Shown here: positions 1 through 11,190 of the stretch, one piece after another
How the letters are laid out: every line of letters begins with the position of its first letter
Position numbering within the stretch: position 1 is the stretch's first letter
Origin: Gracilinanus agilis
Lineage: Eukaryota
NCBI RefSeq assembly: GCF_016433145.1
Contig: NC_058133.1
Location: 195,642,773 to 195,706,772 of the forward strand
Reading direction: 5' to 3'
Length of the DNA: 64,000 nucleotides
The notes under the pieces: model-generated
Database searches by the model: none
Seen by the model: the letters and a program-made list of their open reading frames with translations, nothing else
Told to the model about the DNA's origin: nothing
Translations under genes and position numbers: made by a program

Positions 1-1252
1 ATCCTCATGCATTTATCAATAACTTATGCTACTCGCTCTATTTCCTAATGAACTCTTACTTACTTAATTCTTAATTAACAAATATCCTACTATAGCTGTC
101 CTCTCTTATACTACTGTCCTCCCCAAAGTCAAGCAAGATTAAAACATGGGGTCACTTTAGAATGACTCTACATTAGTGACTGATTTTACTTAATATTCCC
201 CCTTTGGTGTTAAAACTTATTCATGGTGCCTTACCACAATCAGATCTTTATTGTCCCTTTATTCTCAAATGCATCATCCTCTGCTCCTTGGGCCAAATCA
301 ATTTAAGTTGGTGTCAATTCCTATAAACTAGGGGACTGAAATTTTACAACAGAAAACAAGTGTACCGTGAACATGAATGCTACAAAAATCATAATTCCAT
401 ATTTCCTTCAATGTCATAAAAGTTAAACAAATTTAGTTAAGCAGAGATCTCATATATCCTTTCAGGAAACAAACCTTGCTAAATACATTCTAAGGTAAAC
501 TAACTCAGGTTACAGATTAAACAACTTAGAGACTCATCATGTGCTAATTTGAGAGGGGAGATTTACATGCAACCAAAGTCACCCAGAAAACTCAATAAAT
601 ATAAACACCAATAAACATAAATAAGCAAAAAAAAAAAGCTGAAATAATACAGTTATGGTCATCAATAGTAGATAGCACCATCTCAAAACAGTTTAGTACA
701 AACTCCTAAATCTGCTTTTCTGGTAATTAGTTGTTAAAAGCAAAATATGAGTTTGGCCATATAATTAATTTATTACAATTTATTGATAGGCAGAAAAGGG
801 AAAGGTAGATGGGAGAAAGAGAGAGGGGTGGGGCGTGGGGATAGAGAGAGAGAGACAGAGACACAACCAGACAGGGAAACAAGAAAAGAACTGAACCTCG
901 ACTAGAAGTGAAATTCCGGGGCGTGGCTTCTTCATAGGTGGTGAGGCAGCTGTCCAAAACAAGAAGGTCAATTTAGTCTGGAAAATTAAGTAGTCACTTC
1001 GGAAAGAGACCTGCCCTGGCAATATGAGGGGAGAGGACTCCCGAAGTCCTAACTGTCCCTCCTCTCCATGCAGTTCGGAGGACTCCTCCACACTCGGAGG
1101 AGCAGCAAGAGAAACAGTCGTCCACCTCGCTCTTCATTCCCCACAAATCTCGGGCAGGGGGTTCACTGAGACCTTCGATCGGTTATCCAAGGCTACAGTC
1201 ATTGGTAAGCAGGTGTCCTGACCGTCGCTCTTCCTCCCCACCTCCAACCCAG

Positions 1253-1764
1253 ATGGGTTCCGAGAACGTATCTGAATCTGTATAGATGGGCACCGACCGT
1301 CACCTGCGTAAGGAAGAAGGGTGAGTGAGGAGCAGGGCCATCCCGCGCCTCTTGTTCTTCCAGCCAACACCAGCCTTCTAGCTCAGTCTGCGGGCAAGAC
1401 CAAAGCTCAGAAACAAATTTTTCAATCTGGGGGCAGGGGGAAGTTAGGAACATTGTCCAAGAGGAAAGACCCAGTAAACAGGGTAAAACACTTCTCCACC
1501 TGTCCCTCCCTCCATCCCGAGGACTACTTGGAAAGCCCCGAGCCCTGTTCTCTCACCTCCTTGGGTGAGGCAGCCGGCTATCTCGGCACTGGAGACGCTG
1601 TGGGCCAGAGAGGTCCCCAACTCTTCCCCAGGGCTGGGGCCAATATGGCCAGCTCCTGCAGCCGATCACTTTCTCTGGAAAATTCAGAATGGTCCTCTGC
1701 AGCCATTCCTTATGGCTCAAGTTTTATAAGGAGGAGAAGAAACAATCGTGACCAAAAAAGGCCA
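1253..1764 (+). pseudogene. T-box copy 1 exon 1 (N-terminus and start of T-box)
   Basis: ATG at 1253 (MGSENVSESV*MGTD, TAG 1283-1285). Frame starting at 1671 reads FSGKFRMVLCSHSLWLKFYKEE; after a 1-nt deletion it reads ETIVTKKG CA|gtatgt (donor 1765). Compare TBX21 [32 protein letters not shown]. The 5' limit is approximate. Confidence 0.8.
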
Positions 1765-1899
1765 GTATGTGAGAGGCTGGGTCCTCGAAGCCCAGGAACG
1801 CAGGAACCCTAACGGGGTCTCTCTTTTTTTTAAGCCTCGATCAAGTACACTCGGAAACTGGGATTTAGTATGAAGCGCATGGCGGCTCCTTTTAGTGGG

Positions 1900-2440
1900 A
1901 AGTACGGGAAAAGGAGGGAAAAGGAGTGAAAAGACCTCTCGGCTACCAGATCCCCACTTTAAGAGTATATTGTCATGGAAAGACCTCCAGGAATTGATGC
2001 AGAGGGAAAGGAGCAGAGCCAGAAGAACATTGTACGCAGAGACTGATACACCGTGGTAAAATAGAATGTGGTAGACTTCTGTACTAGCAGCAATGCAATG
2101 ACCCAGGACAATTCTGAGGGATTTATGGTAAAGAACGCTACCCACATTCAGAGGAAGAACTGCAGGAGTGGAAACAGAAGAAAAACAACTGCTTGAACAT
2201 ATGGGTTGAGGCAGACATGATTGGGGATGTAGACTCCAAACTACCACACCAATGCAACTATCAATTTGGAAATAGGTCTTGATCAATGACACATGTTAAA
2301 ACCAGTGGAAATATGCATTAGCCATGGGGGATGGGTGGAGCTGGGGGGGGGGAGTGAAGGGGAAAGTAAGAGCATGAATTATGTAACTACGTTAACTTTT
2401 CTAAAAAATAAATATTAATAAATGTTTTTTTAAAAAAGAG
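1900..2440 (+). mobile_element. Marsupial L1 3' end fragment (in T-box copy 1 intron 1)
   Basis: Contains gacctccaggaattgatgcagag..gagcagagccagaagaacattgtac, shared with the other L1 3' fragments in the window; ends in an A/T-rich tail. Confidence 0.65.
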
Positions 2441-3785
2441 TATATGTTCAAAAAACGGGGGTGGGGGGTGGGGTAGGGGAAGACACAGTTAGGTGGGACT
2501 GTGTATATAGAGCCAGACCTGGAGTTGAGAGGACCTGAGTTAAAATTAAACTTCAGACTCTTTTTAGTTGTGTGACCCTGAGCAAGTCACTTAACTCCGT
2601 TGGGGTGGTGGTGGGAAGGACAGGGAGGGAAGGAGGGAGAGATAGAGACAGAGAGAGAGATGGAGAGAGAGTTAGTTAGTTTTGGAAAGGAAAAGATGGC
2701 TAAGGGAGTCAATGATGCTCTTCAGCCAGAAGGACAAGGGCAGATAGGTGAAATAAGCCCAAAGATCCAGGAACTTACAAAACCTATCTCACTTATTTTC
2801 TGGGACAATGTCTGAAGTATTATTAATTATCTCGAAATGCTCTATTCCCTTTCTCCTCTTGGAGAGAAATGGCAGTGAGTGGATGCTAACTACTAACTGC
2901 TGAGTGGGGCAGAGCATTTGAGGCTGACTATGCAGGTTCTAGTTAAGGGCCTCTAACAACCAGAAGAAAGTGAAACTTGCAACCTACTGGCAATTGGTTA
3001 GTGAAAAACTGTTGAGCACAGATTTTTGCCACTGTTATTTGACCCACTGGGCTATTTATTTTGGGAAACAAAAATTCAGGAATGGGGAAGTGAATAAGCA
3101 TTTATATAGCTCCTACTATGTGCCAAGCTATTACTTGGCACCACTACTAAAAAAGATACATTTTGTTTCATTTAATTCTCACAACAACCCTGTGAAGTGT
3201 AGAATGTTATTAATATCCCCATTTTACAGTTAAAGAAACTGAGGTAAACAGAGAGGTTAAGAGACTTGCCCAGAGTCACACAGCTAATAAATATGAGGCT
3301 GGATTTCAAATTGGTCTTCCTTATTCCAGGCACAGCCATTATACTCACTGTGCACAACCAGCAGCTGGTAGGATTAGATGTAATTAGATACACTGAATTG
3401 TTGATGATTCTGCACCTTTCTTTGTATGATCTTTAAGCTTTAATCAGCATCTGACCTGCCTGTTACCCAGGATATGAGATGAGGAAGACCACAAGGAGAC
3501 ATGACCTTGAGCAAATTACTTTCCTTCTATGAGTCTTCTGTTCCTCATCTATAACATGAGGGGAATAAGACAAGCTGATTTCTAAGGTGCTTTCTCTCTA
3601 ACATCCATACTTTCTCATCCCTTAAGTAATTGACATGGAGAATAGAAGAGGGTTTGATACTGCTGAGGGAGGCAAGAAATCACCAGACAGTTCTCATGAC
3701 CTCTATTTCCATAAGAAAAACTGTGCAATGAGGAAAGTTGGGGTAGAATCCAGTGCAGGTAGCTCCAATCTGCAGAATGATAGCA

Positions 3786-3949
3786 NNNNNNNNNNNNNNN
3801 NNNNNNNNNNNNNNNNNNNNNNNNNNNNNNNNNNNNNNNNNNNNNNNNNNNNNNNNNNNNNNNNNNNNNNNNNNNNNNNNNNNNNNNNNNNNNNNNNNNN
3901 NNNNNNNNNNNNNNNNNNNNNNNNNNNNNNNNNNNNNNNNNNNNNNNNN
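3786..3949. other. Assembly gap (N run) in T-box copy 1 intron 1
   Basis: 164 consecutive N. Confidence 0.99.
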
Positions 3950-4757
3950 AAGAGAAAGAGACAAAGATAATGAGAGAGAGATTAGGGGACAGCAGAGAGG
4001 GAGAGACAGAGAGACAGAGATAAACTTTGGATGTGGTCTTTGGGTAATTCACCCCACTTCCCTCCAGCAGCCACCCTCTAACACATAAAGATATACACTC
4101 AACTCTGCCCCACTAGAGCTCATTTGGGTTTACCTATCAGGACTATGAACTTCAACTGGCATTGGTCAGTAACTGAAAAGATTCACTCCTATCCATTTGC
4201 TCTTAAGTTTGTCCAAGTATGGTAGAGGAAGAAAAGGGCAGAAAGAAAGCTTTTCATGTCAATAGCTTCTGAATTTTAGTAGGTAGAACTGGAAAAAGGC
4301 TTCTCATAAACCAACTAATGAATTTCAATTGAAACCTGAGGAGACTATGGCCCAGAGAAGTGATTTGCTCAGGGTCACACAGGCAGGTAGTAAGTGGCAG
4401 AATTAAAAAAAAAATGCCATCGATCCAGGAAAATGGGCAGAAAGGGGTTTTGTCCTGTCCTTCTCCCATCCCCAAGCATGATGGATAATCCCAGGGAACT
4501 AGAAGGAAGTGGCAGTTGTATGGTACAATTTCATTCTCACTGGGAGGAGGGAAAAGGTCAGGGCCTACACAAGCCCTGCAGCCTGCTCTTTTACCAATAA
4601 ATGTTCAAGACCAGTCAAAGTAGCAAGTTGAAACTATTAAGGAATCCCAATTGGGGGAGGCTTAAAGACATCTAGAGGAAAACTGACCTTTATTACTGCC
4701 CATTCCATTCTCAATTTGCTGCAACTCTCCCAGATCACTCAAAACAAAACAAAACAG

Positions 4758-4945
4758 GGGGCAGCTGGGTAGCTCAGTGGAGTGAGAGTCAGGCCTAGAG
4801 ACAGGAGGTCCTAGGTTCAAACCCGGCCTCAGCCACTTCCCAGCTGTGTGACCCTGGGCAAGTCACTTGACCCCCATTGCCCACCCTTACCAATCTTCCA
4901 CCTATGAGACAATACATTAAAAGTACAAGGGTTAAAAAAAAAAAT
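4758..4945 (+). mobile_element. Marsupial tRNA-derived SINE (SINE1_MD-like)
   Basis: ggggcagctgggtagctcagtgg..ggaggtcctaggttcaaa..ctgtgtgaccctgggcaagtcac with A-tail. Confidence 0.85.
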
Positions 4946-6023
4946 ATATTCTAAAAAAAAAAAAATCCTTACCTTTTGTCTTAGAATCAGAACTGTGTAT
5001 TGGTTCCAAGGCAAAAGAGCAGTAAAAATTGGGCATTGGAGGGTTAAGTGACTTCCCAGATTCACAAAGCTAGGTAATATCAGGGATCAGATTTGAATCC
5101 AGGACTTCCCATCTCTAGACCTGGCTCTCAATTCATTCAGCCACCTAGCTGCCACACTTCTAGGTCATTTAAAAAATATTTCTCTTGGAGATGGAGAAAT
5201 ACTGACCAGCTCTTCCTTTTTGGAAATGAAGTTCATTTGGGAACCTGTTAACTGATACTGGAGACTGTATGTTTTATTTTTATGCCTTTATCTTCTGTCA
5301 TAGAATCAATATTAAATATTGATTCCAAGGCAGAAAAGTGTTAAGGGCTAGGACTTGTCCAGGATCACACAGCTAGGAAGTACCTGAAGTCAGATTTAAA
5401 TCCAGGTCCTCCCAACTCCCCATCTGGCTCTCTGTCCACTTAGCCATCTAATTGCTTCTCAGCAAAAAGTTTCTGACAAAGCTGGAATTTTTGACAAAGC
5501 TGAAAGAACCCTGCACCCACTCACCCTTCCACAGATCCTCCCAGGTACAGTCCCGGAAGAGGTGAAATTTCTGAGGTTTTAATATCAGAACTTCAATAAG
5601 CTTCTTGGGCATTTATCCCTTCCTCATGTCCATTTTGGACTCCTCTCCCTTCCTTTCTCTAGTTCACCTTGCTCATCCTGTCTCCTAGGAAGAACACCTT
5701 CATAGATTAGAGTCCAGATCCTCTGGCCCAGGACCTAGGACTCCTGCTTCCCCCCAAACAAGGAGATCTAGAAGTTAAAGCCCTGCTATTTGGAGAAAGA
5801 TGAGATAAGAGAAAACTATGTTGTCTAAGAATAATGTCTCTGGCTTAGCCTGTGGATGAGTGGAGTGAAATGGAGACAGTAAGTGATTATAATTATTTGT
5901 TTATTGATTGATGGGAAATCAACAACCATTTAATAGGAAAGATCAATCAACATACTTGTTACACTCCATATGTTCCTCTGCCAAATGCCAGAGATATAAA
6001 GAATAATTTAAAATAGTCTATAC

Positions 6024-6354
6024 CCGTGATGGTGAGCCTATGGTATGTGTGCCAAAGATGGCATGCTGAGACCTCTCCGTGGGCATGTGTACTATCCCTG
6101 GCAGAGTAAGTTACTGGAAAGACAGAGGGACTCCAGCAGAGCTGCTCCCTTTCACCTCTCCACCAAACCTCCGCACCCTTCTGTACTTCTTCCCTCCCCT
6201 GAGCAGAGCACTTGGGCCACTCCCCTTCCATTCTCCCTCCCCTGTCTGGATTGGAGGGGGACTGGGCTGGGGAACACTGCATGCCATCTTGGGGAGGGTG
6301 GCAGGTGGTCTCTAAAAGGACAGGTGGTCTTTAAAAAAAGGTTTACCACAACTG
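6024..6354. mobile_element. hAT-type MITE (family A)
   Basis: Imperfect TIRs ccgtgatggtgagcc / ggtttaccacaactg; 8-bp TSD gtctatac / gtttatac. Homologous to 19916-20334. Confidence 0.75.
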
Positions 6355-6472
6355 GTTTATACCTAGGGCAGAGCAGTGCCTAATCCAAACTACTCTGGAC
6401 ACCTGGAAGAAGGTGGGCTGAGCAAATTCTCTCCTACTTTCCCTTCTCTCTTTTTTTCCCCCTTCTTTATAG

Positions 6473-6630
6473 ACAAATGTTCCCATTCCTGGCTTACAAA
6501 ATTCATGGGTTGAGCCCCATTGCTAGTTATCATATGTTTGTGGAAACAGTACCAACTGATCACCATTACTTGTGTTTTCAGAATGGCGAATGGGTTCATT
6601 TCAATGGAAAGGAAGAGAACAATATTCTAG
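6473..6630 (+). pseudogene. T-box copy 1 exon 2 (open frame, intact splice sites)
   Basis: Acceptor ttttatag at 6472, donor gtaagg at 6631. Reads QMFPFLAYKIHGLSPIASYHMFVETVPTDHHYLCFQNGEWVHFNGKEENNILG, homologous to TBX21/EOMES RMFPFLSF..GL.PT.HY..FV.VV..D..HWR.Q.GKWV.CGKA. Same intron phases (2 and 1). Confidence 0.92.
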
Positions 6631-7083
6631 GTAAGGAAGTTTGGAAAGCTGGTGGGAGTGAGGGAAGGGGCAGGTACTTGAGTGGATCAGCTAATGGGAT
6701 ATTGTTTCATTTGTCACTGATGTTATGGTGCCCTCTGGTGGGGCCCCTAGCAAACTCAATCAACCTTTTTTCCTTGTCCTTCATCACTCCTCCATACTTA
6801 TTGGGTTCCTTTATTTCCCCTCTCCACTCCCCATCTTTCCCAGCCCAACGCCCTCATCCTACCTTTTTCCTTTCTTTCTCCAAATCCTAGGTTTTTCTTT
6901 TTTCTGCTTTTAAAGTCTTTTTTTCTTATCTCAGTGCCAAATGATTCTGTAGTCAAGCCTCAGAGAAATCATGGACACCTCCTCCTACCCCAGGATTCCC
7001 TGATGAACCTCTCCAAGGTCAGGAACCCTCAAGATTCTCTCCCTATGGACAGAGAGGCCTAATAGATATACTCTTTTCTACAG

Positions 7084-7197
7084 GGAACTTTCTGATAGTA
7101 GCAGGACAGAAAACGAGATCTTATAGCAGGTAACCAAGTAAGCCTGAAGTTTCCATTGCTCATACTTCCAGAAGTGGTGGAAGAAGTTGTAGAAGGA
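7084..7197 (+). pseudogene. T-box copy 1 exon 3-like remnant (highly degenerate)
   Basis: Acceptor ttttctacag, donor gtaagt at 7198, located between E2 and E4. Reads GNFLIV...*..KPEVSIA versus GNRLYV...RQEVSFG, with an internal TAA. Confidence 0.5.
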
Positions 7198-7448
7198 GTA
7201 AGTAGAATCTATTCTAAAAATGGGTCCTCTTATTTTCTATGGGGCTTCAGACGATAAGAGGTCAGTTAGGTGGCACAATGGATAGAGTGATGGTTCTGGA
7301 GTCAGAAAGGCCTTAGTTCAAAACCTGGCATAGATACTTAATAGTCATGTGACCCTGGACAAGTCATTTAACCTCTGCTTGCCTCAGTTTCCTCAACTGT
7401 AAAGTGGAAATATAGATCATATCTCACTCCTTGTGGTTTCTATCATAG

Positions 7449-7603
7449 ATGATCATTTTAAGGTCCTGCCACAAATACCAGCCAAAGCTTCACATCTCAG
7501 AGGTGAAAGATGGAAAGCATAGACCCCAGGTTCCTCCTCCTCCTATATCTTCACCTTCCCGGAAGCAGAATTCATTGCTGTGACTAAATATCAAAACAGT
7601 GAG
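7449..7603 (+). pseudogene. T-box copy 1 exon 4 (frameshifted)
   Basis: ag|ATG ATC ATT... reads MIILRSCHKYQPKLHISEVKDGKHRPQVPPP, then a frameshift in a (cct)n run, then YIFTFPEAEFIAVTKYQNSE|gtgagg. Compare TBX21 [22 protein letters not shown]...HIFTFQETQFIAVTAYQNAE. Confidence 0.92.
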
Positions 7604-8716
7604 GTGAGGAGCAAACTATTGGAACACCAAGCCTAGGCTCTAGGGGGGAGGGTGGGTAGAGGAGAAAACAGGCAAACAGTCTTTTCTAAAGTATACAATG
7701 TGGGAGGCAGCTGGGTAGTTCAGTGGATTGAGACCCAGACCTAGAGATGGGAGGTCCTAGGTTCAAATCTGGCCTCAGATACTTCCTAACTCTGTGACCC
7801 TGAGCAAGCCATGTAACCCCCATTGCCTAACCCTTACTGCTCTTCTGCCTTAGAACCAATACACAGTATTAATTCTAAGATGGAAGGTAAAAGTTTTTAA
7901 AAAATAAAATGAAATGAAAATAAAGTACACCCTGTGTGCTAGGGGTACTCAACTTGAAGTCTATATTCTTGGGCAGCAGGTGGCTCAGTAGATAAAGTGT
8001 CAGACCTGGAGACAGGTGGTCCTGGGCTCAAATCTGACCTCAGATACTTCCTAGCTGCATGACTCTGGGCAAGTCACTTAACCCCAGTTTCCAAGCCCTT
8101 AGTGTTCTTCTGCCTTAGAACTGATACTTAGTAATATTGATTCTAGTGCAAAAGGTAGGTTTTTTTTTTTTAAAGTTTGTATTCTAACCAGGAAAGCAAC
8201 AAACATGAGGGAATAGGTTTTGAACAGGAAATGCTTGGTTCTAAGTTAAGGGTTCTTACCCATTGATGTCATGGATGTTTTAGGAAGTGAAGGCTATAGA
8301 CTCCTCTACAAAATGCTTTTTAAAAAAAATCAATATTTGAAGGAAAGGCACAATTTCTGTTAGAGATAAATGAAAATATAGTTGGAATTTTATTCCCATC
8401 CAAGTCTGCAGATCCTCTGAAGTCCAGGTTAAACTTCTGGTCTGGGCAGTCACAGGGAAAAGGCATTGGGGGGATGAAGGACATACAGTGTCAGAAACAA
8501 AGGCAAGAAGTCCCAAATGGGACATCTGATGGATGTCTTAGAATTGTTGAAGTATTCTTCTTCCCTTGTTTTACAGATGAATACCATGAGGTAACTTCCC
8601 CAAGGTCACCTAGTGCATCAGAACAAAGACTGAAGTTAGTTAGGTCTTTGGCTTTCTCTAGGTTTCTGAAGAGGAGGAGCCCCCTGCTCGATAGCTTCTA
8701 TTTCCTTTCTCTCTAG

Positions 8717-8788
8717 ATCCTTCAGCTAAAAATTCAGTACAATTCCTTTGCCAACAAATTTATTCAAAGGATACATCCAGGAGAAAAC
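8717..8788 (+). pseudogene. T-box exon 5 copy A
   Basis: Acceptor tctctag; reads ILQLKIQYNSFANKF, versus ITQLKIDNNPFAKGF. The donor is degraded. Confidence 0.82.
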
Positions 8789-9041
8789 TAAGTACTTGTG
8801 GGGCTCAGCTCCTTTTTCTGTCTTTACCTCTCTCCAAATATTCTAGGACAGGTAATGTCCAATCAATCCTCTCCTCTACCTTCTCCCAGAATTCTTTGTA
8901 TTGATATTATGAGTAGACCGGGAGGAAAATTAGTTAAATAAGAAGTAGGCTTGCAATTTTGGCACTGGTTGTAGGAGAGCTATTATAGAAGATTATATTG
9001 TCTTTAACCACATCCTTTCCCCCACCTTCTTTCCCTTCAAG

Positions 9042-9500
9042 GTGCCTTCCATCTGGTAGAATCCAGGGCAACTACTAAGACTTTCCTGAAAGTAATTCTG
9101 GTAGCTATTTATTAGATCTAGGAATGAGTGCTTACCAAGCCAAAGATTGTGTACCTCTGATCCCCTAGATCTTTGTTCAGGCCCCTTAAACCACCCTTAG
9201 ACTGCACTCAGAACAGCAGCACCTTACTTCCCTTGGGCATGAATGATATGAATTTGAACTTCTGTCTCTACCTTTGATGCCTTCCTGACCATAAATAGGA
9301 TACTGTAGTCCTTCTAGGAGATTGGCCAACTTCTTCCTTATGTAATTCCAAGGTAAATGGGGAAGGCTAACTCCAATTTGTACCCCAAATGTCTAGAGAC
9401 CCTGTCTTAGAGGAAGAGAAGAGCACTGAAGAAGAAATCTGGATGTATATCCAAAATCAGATAGACACGATTCATGACTGGGTGAAGGACATGTCTCGCA
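9042..9500 (+). pseudogene. TBX21 exon 6-like copy A (C-terminal region)
   Basis: Polypyrimidine acceptor cttcaag. Homologous to modules at 10695, 18331 and 20600. Contains LGEGH (ctgggtgaagga), versus TBX21 LGEGD. Multiple stops. Confidence 0.7.
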
Positions 9501-10365
9501 ATGATTCAAGCAAGGATGAAATGTCTTCAGTGTGTAAAGGAAGAGAGCTATGTGCCAAAAAGGAACTCATTGGGACAGTCTGGATGGATCAGCCATAGAA
9601 AGGTTTTTCACTTGGCTTTTAGTTTAGGGGTACCTTCTTTTCCAAGTCTAGAAAATCTAAGCAACTCCACTCATACAGTTCTTCTTCCCTCCTTGTCCTT
9701 CCTTATCCTTTATTCCTACTTCTTTCCAAATCTCATCTTGCATAGCCTATTCTTCTCTTCTTGTCTCTTTTCTCTGCCTGGACCTGTCCATATTTTCCTC
9801 TTATATCAATTTCAGAGAATCCAGTTGTCCAATCCCATAGAAACCAGAGAGAAGTCCTCCTCTCCCTTTATCCCTTGCTGGACCTCTCCAATGTCTACAA
9901 TCCAAGTTTATGGAGTGTCTGGAATTATGGAATGCCTGGTCTAGGGGCTTCAAGGTGGCTCAATGGATAGAGAGCTAGCCCTGGAAAAGGGTTCAAATCT
10001 AGCTTTAGACACTTTCTAGTGTCTGACCTTGGGCAAGTCACTTAATCTCAGTTGCCTTGCTCTTCCTGCTCTTCTACCTTAGATACTTAATATTGATTCT
10101 AAAACAGAAGAGGGAAAAAAATGTGCTCTAGGCTGTCATAGGGACAAAGTGGGTCAGGGTGATGACAAGATACTCCATCTGTATAAGCCCTTAGAATGAT
10201 CCAAGTATTCTCTTTGTCCCATTTTACAGAAAAGAAACCGAGGTGACTTCCCCAGTGCATCAGAGCAAAAACAAAAGCCCAGTCTTTGATCTTCCTAGAG
10301 GGTAGCTGTAGGCTTCCAAAAAGAATACCTTGAACTCACTGGTTCCTATTTCCTTTTGCTCTGAG

Positions 10366-10427
10366 GTCACACAGCTAAACATTCACTGTAATCCCTTTGC
10401 CAATGATTTTAAAGAAAGCTTGAATAA
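10366..10427 (+). pseudogene. T-box exon 5 copy B
   Basis: 62 nt, the length expected for TBX21 exon 5 (20 codons plus 2 nt). Reads VTQLNIHCNPFANDFKESLN. The donor gtaagt is mutated to ataagt at 10428. Confidence 0.88.
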
Positions 10428-10694
10428 ATAAGTGCTTATGGGGCTCAGCTCATTTTTATTTGTTTGTTTCCCCCTTCTTTGTCCACCAGGCTCGGAGTGT
10501 TCTCGGAGTAGTGCCTTCTCAGCCCTTTCTAATCCCCTCATCTCCTTTCTTCCATGTCTATGCTGAGGCTGTGGGTAAAGAGTCAACTGATTAGATAAGA
10601 AGCAGGACTGGAATTCTGATGCTGGGGGTAAGGGGATTAGGATTCTGGGAGATCCTATTACCTTTAATTACATGGCGTTTTGTTTTTTTCCAAG

Positions 10695-11190
10695 GTGACT
10701 TCCATCTGTAAAATCTAGCACCACACCGATATCTCCCCTGAAAGAGTTTCCACTAAGAAAGCCCTTGGGTTAGGTCAGGTGCTTGCCAGGCTAGGGAAGA
10801 AATATTTCTGACTCTGCCTCTTGATCCAGGACCCTCAGGTTTCTTTTGACTATAACTATGACACCCACTTTCAGTAGCAGCAACACCCTTCCCTTAGCAT
10901 GAATGACATGAAGCTAGAATTTCTATACTTTACCTGCCATGTCTAACCATTCCAGACAAAATGTTGTAGTTCCTCCTAAGAATTGGCTTATTTTCCTTTT
11001 GTGTAATTCAAGGCCAACAGTGAAAGCTTGACTCTAATCTGTACCCCCAATGCCCATGGACCCATCCCTGTTGGCCTAGAAGAGAAGAAGTCTAAAGAAC
11101 TTTGAATCTCTATCTCCAAATTAGATTCTAATTATTCAGGAATGAGTGAGACTCAGAGGAGATGCCTCTCACAATGATTCAGTGGCATTA
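10695..11190 (+). pseudogene. TBX21 exon 6-like copy B
   Basis: Acceptor ttccaag. Nucleotide homology to copy A. Contains MPMDP (versus LPMEP) and SGMSETQRR (versus SGLGEGDSKRRR). Stops present. Confidence 0.68.

Noticed and set aside
1321-1812. 163-aa plus-strand ORF as an independent gene
   Set aside because: It is an off-frame reading of T-box copy 1 exon 1. The T-box homology lies in the other two frames and the ORF runs past the donor at 1765.
1717-2292. 191-aa minus-strand ORF
   Set aside because: Mostly the antisense of an L1 3' UTR fragment; no protein-family signal.
5534-5620. Strong-looking acceptor (ccttccacag) in copy 1 intron 1
   Set aside because: The frame stops within ~16 codons and shows no T-box or other homology.
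8560-8630. Candidate extra exon after ttttacag at ~8578 (also ~10230 and ~19490)
   Set aside because: The ttttacagatga..gagg motif is typical MIR/CORE-SINE sequence within the duplicated intron 4; no T-box similarity.
1253-9500. Calling copy 1 the true TBX21 ortholog, or EOMES
   Set aside because: It is far more diverged than expected for the conserved TBX21 T-box and is disrupted. Exon 2 alone resembles EOMES about as much as TBX21, but exon 1/6 motifs and synteny favour a TBX21-derived paralog. No gene symbol assigned.
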